From: a virus
Taxonomy: Duplodnaviria; Heunggongvirae; Uroviricota; Caudoviricetes
Reading direction: 5' to 3' (one strand)
DNA: 4,395 nt
Virus record (IMG/VR): IMGVR_UViG_2531839237_000023
The translations under genes and the position numbers were made by a program. A model generated the notes under the pieces. The model searched no databases and had not been told where the DNA came from. It saw nothing but the letters and a program-made list of their open reading frames with translations. Shown piece after piece: positions 1-4,395 of this stretch (its first letter is position 1; each line of letters opens with the position of its first letter).

Positions 1-49
1 ATCCCTCGCCACCGCTGATGTGTCAGGCATCCTCAACGCACCCGCACTT

Positions 50-76
50 AACCCGCTTCGGCGGGTTTTGTTTTTT
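50..76 (+). terminator. Rho-independent terminator: 7-bp stem AACCCGC/GCGGGTT, TTCG tetraloop, T-rich tail TTGTTTTTT
   Basis: Seen directly: inverted repeat 50-56 / 61-67 around loop TTCG (57-60), followed by T-rich run 68-76. The reverse complement has no T-run after the hairpin, so it is + strand specific. It lies upstream of the first plausible ATG (149) of the nin-region ORF. Confidence 0.6.
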
Positions 77-148
77 CTGGTCGTTCTGGTTTACAATCCA
101 TCCGTCAGCCTGAACAACTGGCACCTGCTGCGCCAGCAGAGAAAACAG

Positions 149-427
149 ATGGCGCACGATACCAAATTTTACAATTCGGATAACTCTGCCGCCCCTGCCA
201 GCAGGCACGGGCGGCGTTCTCATGCATTCAAATCTGACTGGTATCAGCACGCCCCATGCACCGAAGAACAGGCCGAATGGCTGATTCAGAACTACCGCAG
301 ACGTGGGTATGAGTTTAGGAAAGCCCTCAGCCTCGATTATCGTCACTGGATAATCTACGTCAGGCTGCCGTACTCCGAGCGCCCACCGCGTCCGTCCCGC
401 ACATTCCAGCAACGCATCTGGAGGTAA
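149..427 (+). CDS. Hypothetical small phage protein (92 aa), nin-region ORF of unknown function
   Basis: Open frame 20-427 from the ORF track; first ATG in frame is at 149, downstream of the terminator hairpin at 50-76. Stop TAA 425-427 lies 1 nt before the GTG start of the next gene (tight operon arrangement). Weak Shine-Dalgarno (AGAGA). No family recognised. Confidence 0.4.
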   Translation: MAHDTKFYNSDNSAAPASRHGRRSHAFKSDWYQHAPCTEEQAEWLIQNYRRRGYEFRKALSLDYRHWIIYVRLPYSERPPRPSRTFQQRIWR

Positions 428-428
428 C

Positions 429-1478
429 GTGCGGGTATTACTTCGACCTGTTCCGGTACCGGAACTTGGGGTGGTGGTCCTTAAACCAGGCCGTGAATCC
501 ATGCAGGTATTCCATAACCCTCGAGTGCTTGTGGAGCCGGAGCCGAAAAGCATGCGCGGTCTGCCGTCCGGCATCGTCCCTGCCGTTCGCCAGCCGCTGG
601 CGGAGGATAAATCATTACTGCCGTTTTTCAGCAATGAGCGAGTGATTCGTGCTGCTGGTGGCGCTGGCGCACTGTCTGACTGGTTACTGCGCCATGTTAA
701 ATCCTGCCAGTGGCCACATGGCGATTATCATCACAGTGAAACCGTTATTCACCGTTATGGTACCGGCGCAATGGTGTTGTGCTGGCACTGCGACAACCAG
801 TTGCGTGACCAGACCTCCGAATCACTTGAGCAACTTGCTCACCAAAACCTGTCAGCATGGATGATTGACGTCATTCGTCACGCAATGAATGGCACACAGG
901 AGCGTGAATTATCGCTGGCTGAATTATCCTGGTGGGCGGCCTGCAATCAGGTGGTGGATGCACTACCTGAGGCAGTAGCGCGTCGTTCGCTGGGATTACC
1001 AGCGGAAAAAATCCGCTCCGTATACCGTGAGAGTGACATCGTACCGGGAGAACAGACAGCCATCAGCATACTGAAGCAGCGCACAAAAAATATTGCGCTG
1101 CCACTTCACGTCCACCAGCAACAAAATCCACCACAGAAAAAAACGGTTGTCAGTATCGCCGTTGATCCGGAGTCTCCTGAATCGTTCATGAGGCGGCCTA
1201 AACGTTGCCGCTGGGTTAATGAGAAATACACGCGCTGGGTAAAGACACAGCCGTGTGCGTGTTGTGGTAAGCCTGCTGACGATCCGCATCACCTGATTGG
1301 TCATGGTCAGGGGGGAATGGGGACAAAGGCCCACGATATTTTCACGCTACCGTTGTGCCGGGAGCACCACAACGAACTTCATGCAGACCCGCTGGAGTTT
1401 GAGAAAAAGTACGGCTCTCAGATTGAGTTAATTTTTCGTTTTCTTGATCACGCCTTTGCGACTGGCGTGCTCGGGTAA
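429..1478 (+). CDS. DUF968-like lambdoid prophage protein (YdfU-like), 349 aa, with two Cys/His-rich HNH-like modules
   Basis: Long ORF from the track. GTG start at 429 is preceded by GGAGG (420-424); alternative ATG starts at 501 and 552 (the latter with GGAG at 539-542). C-terminal motif CACCGKPADDPHHLIGHG...CREHHNELH and an internal CQWPHGDYHH...CWHCDN module resemble HNH/zinc-finger-type nuclease motifs. Position immediately upstream of rusA and Q is typical of this family. Family name is recalled, not searched. Confidence 0.75.
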   Translation: MRVLLRPVPVPELGVVVLKPGRESMQVFHNPRVLVEPEPKSMRGLPSGIVPAVRQPLAEDKSLLPFFSNERVIRAAGGAGALSDWLLRHVKSCQWPHGDYHHSETVIHRYGTGAMVLCWHCDNQLRDQTSESLEQLAHQNLSAWMIDVIRHAMNGTQERELSLAELSWWAACNQVVDALPEAVARRSLGLPAEKIRSVYRESDIVPGEQTAISILKQRTKNIALPLHVHQQQNPPQKKTVVSIAVDPESPESFMRRPKRCRWVNEKYTRWVKTQPCACCGKPADDPHHLIGHGQGGMGTKAHDIFTLPLCREHHNELHADPLEFEKKYGSQIELIFRFLDHAFATGVLG

Positions 1479-1490
1479 AAGAGGTGACTG

Positions 1491-1862
1491 ATGCTCATAG
1501 ATTTGGTTTTACCTTACCCGCCGACGGTGAACACTTACTGGCGACGCCGTGGCAGCACATATTTTGTATCAAAAGCCGGGGAGCGTTATCGCCGGGCAGT
1601 GGTGCTTATTGTTCGCCAGCAGCGACTGAAATTAAGCCTGTCCGGACGGCTGGCAATAAAAATTATTGCAGAGCCACCGGATAAGCGTCGTCGTGACCTG
1701 GACAACATTCTGAAAGCACCGCTGGATGCGCTGACGCATGCGGAAGTGCTCATTGATGACGAGCAGTTTGATGAAATCAATATTGTGCGCGGTCAGCCTG
1801 TGCCAGGTGGACGGCTGGGCGTGAAGATTTACGAAATCAGAGGTGGTAACGATGGCGCGTGA
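1491..1862 (+). CDS. rusA: Crossover junction endodeoxyribonuclease RusA (Holliday junction resolvase), 123 aa
   Basis: Translation shows RusA hallmarks: [15 protein letters not shown] near the N-terminus, the acidic catalytic block [30 protein letters not shown], and [11 protein letters not shown] near the C-terminus, closely matching E. coli RusA as I recall it. SD GAGGTG at 1481-1486, ATG at 1491. Confidence 0.93.
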   Translation: MLIDLVLPYPPTVNTYWRRRGSTYFVSKAGERYRRAVVLIVRQQRLKLSLSGRLAIKIIAEPPDKRRRDLDNILKAPLDALTHAEVLIDDEQFDEINIVRGQPVPGGRLGVKIYEIRGGNDGA

Positions 1863-2223
1863 TATCCAGATGGTTCTTGAGCGATGGGGGGCATGGGCAG
1901 CAAATAATCATGAAGATGTAACATGGCCCTCGATAGCTGCTGGTTTTAAAGGATTAATCCCGACTAAAGTGAAATCACGTCCTAAGTGTTCTGATGATGA
2001 CGCCATGATAATTTGTGGTTGTATGGCACGATTAAACAAGAATAATCAGTATTTGCACGATTTGTTGGTGGATTATTACGTAGGTGGAATGACATTTATG
2101 GCTCTTGCACGTAAGCATAGATGTTCTGATGGGCTTATTGGTAAAAGGCTTTATAAAGCGGAAGGTATTATTGAAGGAATGCTTATGGCTCTGAATGTCC
2201 GGTTAGATATGGATATGCGGTAG
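1852..2223 (+). CDS. Late-gene antitermination protein Q (phage 82 / QuuD-like family), 123 aa
   Basis: Translation [25 protein letters not shown]...[14 protein letters not shown]...[16 protein letters not shown]...[13 protein letters not shown] matches the QuuD/Q82-type antiterminator as recalled. The ATG at 1852 overlaps the rusA stop (TGA 1860-1862), indicating translational coupling. The track's GTG at 1843 is an alternative start. Confidence 0.88.
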   Translation: MARDIQMVLERWGAWAANNHEDVTWPSIAAGFKGLIPTKVKSRPKCSDDDAMIICGCMARLNKNNQYLHDLLVDYYVGGMTFMALARKHRCSDGLIGKRLYKAEGIIEGMLMALNVRLDMDMR

Positions 2224-2314
2224 GGATATATAGTGATGAGGGTTATGTTTTCTGTGTTTATAATTAACATGTTTATTTTTTGATGGTCATGTATTGTGGA
2301 AGGTAGATAAAATG

Positions 2315-2343
2315 TTGCCTGGTGAATTGAAAATATTGATAAT
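2315..2343 (+). promoter_or_regulatory. Candidate sigma70 promoter upstream of the CPBP gene (-35 TTGCCT 2315-2320, 17-bp spacer, -10 GATAAT 2338-2343); possibly the prophage late promoter PR'
   Basis: Hexamers read directly from sequence, 4/6 and 5/6 matches to consensus with optimal spacing. A perfect TATAAT also occurs at 2259-2264 but lacks a good -35. The Q-to-CPBP intergenic region 2224-2374 is very AT-rich. Which element, if any, is PR' with its Q-utilisation site cannot be decided from sequence. Confidence 0.3.
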
Positions 2344-2374
2344 CAATCTTCATCATTAAATAAAAGGAGTGCTT

Positions 2375-3193
2375 ATGTGGATTGTGTTAGTACTGTCACT
2401 GTCAACTCTCAGTTGGCATAAGGTAGTGGCTTTTTCATTGTTGACGGTGTCTGTTGTCCTGGCTGTGCTTAATGATATTATTGATTGGTCGGTGTTATTT
2501 TTTGTTGCTACAATCGTTTTTTTTATTATTTTGAAGTTCAACTGGAAATATAACGCCTGGGCTAAATCTATATATGAAGTTGGCATAGTTTTATCAGCCA
2601 TAGCATTATTTTTCCATCTATGGCCAGGGTTTCACAATCCTGTAGTGCTAAATTCTGTTACTGTTGGCCCTCAAAGTACTCCCTATACAATGTATTTTAA
2701 TTTTGATAAAGCGCTGGTGCCATTTTTGTTAGTCCTGTGTACATCTTCTTTGTTTAAAAAAGAAGTAAAATCAGAAGTGTCTTTGTGGAAGTGGGGGGCT
2801 CTGTCGCTCTCTGTTCCTCTTATCCTGTTTTTGGCTGTTTTTTTTGGTGGATTAAAGCCAGAGATTCATTTTCCTGAGTGGTTGCCAGAGTTTATATTGG
2901 CTAATTTGTTTTTTGTGTCTCTGGCAGAGGAATCATTATTTAGAGGGTATATTCAATCACGGCTATCAGAAGTAACGTCTCCATTGGTTGCATTAATTGT
3001 GGCGGCTTTGTTGTTTGGTTTTTATCACTATTCAGGTGGTGCTTTACTTGTATTATTTGCCACGTTATCTGGTGTTGTGTATGGATTGTCATGGATGTGG
3101 AGTGGGCGTTTGTGGGTTGCCACCCTTTTCCATTTTGGTTTGAATCTGTGTCACTTGTTATTCTTTACCTATCCATTTTTAAAACATAATTGA
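2375..3193 (+). CDS. CPBP family intramembrane glutamic metalloprotease (CAAX protease / Abi family), 272 aa, polytopic membrane protein
   Basis: SD AAGGAG at 2364-2369 with ATG at 2375 (the track's GTG at 2369 sits too close to the SD). Protein is highly hydrophobic with multiple predicted TM segments and carries the three CPBP motifs in canonical order: EESLFR (motif 1, EExxxR), FGFYH (motif 2, FxxxH), HFGLN (motif 3, HxxxN). The gene is much more AT-rich than the upstream phage genes. Confidence 0.85.
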   Translation: MWIVLVLSLSTLSWHKVVAFSLLTVSVVLAVLNDIIDWSVLFFVATIVFFIILKFNWKYNAWAKSIYEVGIVLSAIALFFHLWPGFHNPVVLNSVTVGPQSTPYTMYFNFDKALVPFLLVLCTSSLFKKEVKSEVSLWKWGALSLSVPLILFLAVFFGGLKPEIHFPEWLPEFILANLFFVSLAEESLFRGYIQSRLSEVTSPLVALIVAALLFGFYHYSGGALLVLFATLSGVVYGLSWMWSGRLWVATLFHFGLNLCHLLFFTYPFLKHN

Positions 3194-3273
3194 TTTTTTC
3201 TATGGTTTTAAATTTATAAGACTGAAAAATAGCAGGACGTGACATTTGCATGAAAAATATGCACGGCAAAGCA

Positions 3274-3287
3274 TTTACGTACGTAAA
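3274..3287. repeat. Perfect 14-bp palindrome TTTACGTACGTAAA; nearby shorter inverted repeat TGCAT-N7-ATGCA (3247-3263)
   Basis: Read directly; the sequence equals its own reverse complement. Located in the 286-bp intergenic region between the CPBP gene and the small winged-helix gene. Candidate dimeric-regulator operator; function unknown. Confidence 0.3.
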
Positions 3288-3334
3288 AAATCAGGTATGC
3301 TGTTAAGAGTGGTTATTTCGCCGCATAGCTTGAC

Positions 3335-3356
3335 CCCGCCTCTGAGCGGGTTTTTT
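3335..3356 (+). terminator. Candidate rho-independent terminator (5-bp all-GC stem CCCGC/GCGGG, 6-nt loop, T6 tail) downstream of the CPBP gene
   Basis: Stem 3335-3339 / 3346-3350, loop CTCTGA, then TTTTTT 3351-3356. Short stem, so moderate confidence. A second CCCGC at 3360-3364 could alternatively pair with the GCGGG arm. Confidence 0.5.
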
Positions 3357-3479
3357 GTGCCCGCAAAGTAGCGCAGTGCGTTAAATGTGCTGGTAGTTAT
3401 TAATACAGGTCTTTCAGCTTGCTGGCTTTTTCGACAAGAGTTATTGGTGTGTCACGTTAACCGGAAAGGGTAAAAAGAC

Positions 3480-3677
3480 ATGCTGAAACAGCAGGATATG
3501 ACAGAAACCGCCAGAGTTGTGTTTGATGAATTAAGCGTCACCGAACCGGCGACAGTCGGGGAGATTGCGCAGAATACTTACCTTTCACGCGAACGCTGCC
3601 AGTTAATACTGACCCAGCTGGTTATGGCGGGTCTGGCAGACTATCAGTTCGGTTGTTACAGACGCCTTCAGTCCTGA
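3480..3677 (+). CDS. Small (65 aa) putative winged-helix DNA-binding protein (PapI/FaeA-like pattern)
   Basis: ORF from the track. SD-like GGAAAGGG at 3463-3470 before ATG 3480. Sequence pattern TVGEIAQNTYLSRERCQLILTQLVMAGLA resembles small winged-helix regulators. Stop codon TGA (3675-3677) lies inside a strong terminator hairpin. Family assignment is inference. Confidence 0.55.
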   Translation: MLKQQDMTETARVVFDELSVTEPATVGEIAQNTYLSRERCQLILTQLVMAGLADYQFGCYRRLQS

Positions 3678-3691
3678 AGGCTTTTTTATTT
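3664..3691 (+). terminator. Rho-independent terminator: 7-bp stem GCCTTCA/TGAAGGC, 4-nt loop GTCC, tail TTTTTTATTT
   Basis: Perfect inverted repeat 3664-3670 / 3675-3681 followed by T-run 3682-3687; + strand specific (no T-run on the complement). Immediately terminates the 65-aa ORF. Confidence 0.8.
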
Positions 3692-3711
3692 GTGGTAAAT
3701 GGGCGGCTGGT

Positions 3712-3719
3712 GGGGGGGG
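3712..3719. repeat. Homopolymeric G8 tract within a G-rich block (GGGCGGCTGGTGGGGGGGGCGG, 3701-3722)
   Basis: Read directly. Lies between the terminator at 3664-3691 and the candidate promoter of the AraC-family gene. This is a potential slipped-strand mispairing site. Confidence 0.9.
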
Positions 3720-3747
3720 CGGCACCTGTCAGTCCTTTGCTTATGTG

Positions 3748-3778
3748 TTGATGATAATTTACCTTTTGGGGCTATAAT
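3748..3778 (+). promoter_or_regulatory. Candidate sigma70 promoter for the AraC-family gene (perfect -10 TATAAT 3773-3778; weak -35 TTGATG 3748-3753 at 19-bp spacing)
   Basis: Hexamers read directly. The spacer is suboptimal and there is no extended -10 TG. Location is appropriate, about 35 bp upstream of the ATG at 3814. Confidence 0.3.
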
Positions 3779-3813
3779 TGAGCTAACCAATTGCTAATGA
3801 AAGTAAAATTATA

Positions 3814-4395
3814 ATGGCTGTTGTCTGTTCAGTTATCATGGTTTGCTCCCCAATTAATATTTTTCTTGAAAAGGATACGTTGTCACTTAAGCCAGGCTCA
3901 GTCGTTCTGGCCACCAAATGCATCAGGGAGCTTTTCCTTATGCATTATGGCAAAGTTAAAATTGTCGATATAAGCGAATCCGTCGTAAGTCAATATCTGG
4001 AAAGTCAGCATAAGCTGACGAGGACTCGTCTGACTGACATTCCGCTTTACCTGTTGCTGGAACCCAACAATCCTGCGTTGGCTGCGGCTTTAATTACCAG
4101 CCAGGGATTTTCCGGAGAGGTCACGGATATGTTTCTTATGATGGCCTGCCTGTCTCTGTTTGAAACAGATGAACGGATATTATTATTTTTAAGTGGATGT
4201 TTATCCAGCATAAGTGCCAAAGTCAGGGCGATAATTCAGACAGATATATCAGCAAGCTGGACGCTTGGTGCGATTGCTCTACAGTTGCATATGAGTGAGA
4301 GTTTGTTAAAGATAAAACTGAAAAATGAAGGGGGCATGTTCAGTCGCTTGTTGCTGGAAGAGCGGATGCGTGTTGCTGTAAATATGTTATGTTCC
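3814..4395 (+). CDS. AraC/XylS-family transcriptional regulator, YdeO/AppY/GadX-like subgroup; 3' end truncated by window edge (194 codons present)
   Basis: Frame open from 3787 to the window end with no stop, checked codon by codon. N-terminus MAVVCSVIMVCS resembles the YdeO/AppY N-termini as recalled (M..VCSV..). C-terminal portion SISAKVRAIIQTDISASWTLGAIALQLHMSESLLKIKLKNEGGMFSRLLLEERMRVAVNML is the first HTH of an AraC-type DNA-binding domain. Alternative start ATG 3838. AT-rich with a weak RBS, typical of horizontally acquired AraC regulators. Confidence 0.8.
   Translation, partial: MAVVCSVIMVCSPINIFLEKDTLSLKPGSVVLATKCIRELFLMHYGKVKIVDISESVVSQYLESQHKLTRTRLTDIPLYLLLEPNNPALAAALITSQGFSGEVTDMFLMMACLSLFETDERILLFLSGCLSSISAKVRAIIQTDISASWTLGAIALQLHMSESLLKIKLKNEGGMFSRLLLEERMRVAVNMLCS

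Noticed and set aside
1-18. Possible 3' end of an upstream gene ending at TGA 16-18
   Set aside because: Only 5 codons are visible, too little to support a call.
20-427. Extended 135-aa version of the first ORF starting at GTG 20
   Set aside because: It would have to translate through a strong intrinsic terminator hairpin (50-76) and has no SD. The first ATG at 149 downstream of the terminator is preferred, though this is not proven.
23-634. Minus-strand ORF, 203 aa
   Set aside because: Antisense to two + strand genes in a tightly coupled operon. The translation is low-complexity (G/R/T/S/P-rich), typical of a spurious antisense frame in GC-rich coding DNA, with no recognisable motifs.
649-864. 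+ strand ORF of 71 aa in an alternative frame
   Set aside because: Entirely nested within the DUF968-like gene in a different frame; no RBS or motifs.
996-1334. Minus-strand ORF, 112 aa
   Set aside because: Antisense to the DUF968-like gene; no supporting signals.
1484-1684. + strand ORF of 66 aa from GTG 1484
   Set aside because: Out-of-frame overlap with rusA, whose translation shows clear family motifs; the GTG overlaps the rusA SD.
1586-1780. Minus-strand ORF, 64 aa
   Set aside because: Antisense to rusA; serine/arginine-rich low-complexity translation.
1843-1851. GTG 1843 as the Q start (126-aa form)
   Set aside because: ATG 1852 gives the N-terminus MARDIQ, matching the recalled QuuD-type N-terminus MRDIQ; GTG 1843 remains a possible alternative.
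2369-2374. GTG 2369 as the CPBP start (274-aa form)
   Set aside because: GTG 2369 overlaps the SD AAGGAG (2364-2369); ATG 2375 has proper 5-nt spacing.
2356-2601. Minus-strand ORF, 81 aa
   Set aside because: Antisense to the 5' part of the CPBP gene, which is supported by SD, motifs and hydrophobicity pattern.
3250-3306. 18-codon mini-ORF MKNMHGKAFTYVKNQVCC as a real gene
   Set aside because: Too short, with only a marginal SD (AGGA 12 nt upstream) and no recognisable leader-peptide codon bias. Kept only as part of the intergenic finding.
3194-3479. Possible tRNA or tmRNA gene in the long intergenic region (tRNAs often lie downstream of Q in Stx phages)
   Set aside because: No T-loop-like GTTCGAATC/GTTCAAATC motif and no cloverleaf-compatible arrangement found by eye.
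2224-4395. Shiga toxin (stxA/stxB) or lysis genes (holin, endolysin, Rz) expected downstream of Q
   Set aside because: None of the ORFs has a signal peptide with toxin-like features or the small two-TM holin, lysozyme or transglycosylase features; the genes present are a CPBP protease, a winged-helix protein and an AraC regulator.
1-4395. CRISPR array, IS element or transposase, integrase or att site
   Set aside because: No direct-repeat/spacer periodicity, no terminal inverted repeats flanking a transposase-like ORF, and no integrase-like ORF in the window.

Overview
This window reads as the right end of the early (nin) region of a lambdoid enterobacterial prophage, followed by AT-rich cargo in the slot between the Q antiterminator and the (absent) lysis genes. 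All supported genes are on the + strand. In order: an intrinsic terminator (50-76); a small hypothetical ORF (149-427); a 349-aa Cys/His-rich DUF968-like protein (429-1478); the RusA Holliday-junction resolvase (1491-1862); a Q-family late antiterminator (1852-2223) whose start overlaps the rusA stop. Composition then drops sharply and three cargo genes follow, each with its own candidate promoter and/or intrinsic terminator: a CPBP/Abi-family intramembrane metalloprotease with all three catalytic motifs intact (2375-3193), a 65-aa winged-helix-like protein (3480-3677), and the 5' part of an AraC-family regulator resembling the YdeO/AppY group, which runs off the window end (3814->4395). No holin/endolysin, rRNA, tRNA, CRISPR array or IS element was found. 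The most interesting signal is this three-gene cargo cluster, which sits where Stx phages carry stx; I read it as a candidate lysogenic-conversion or phage-exclusion module. Family assignments rest on motif reading and recalled homologues, not on a database search.
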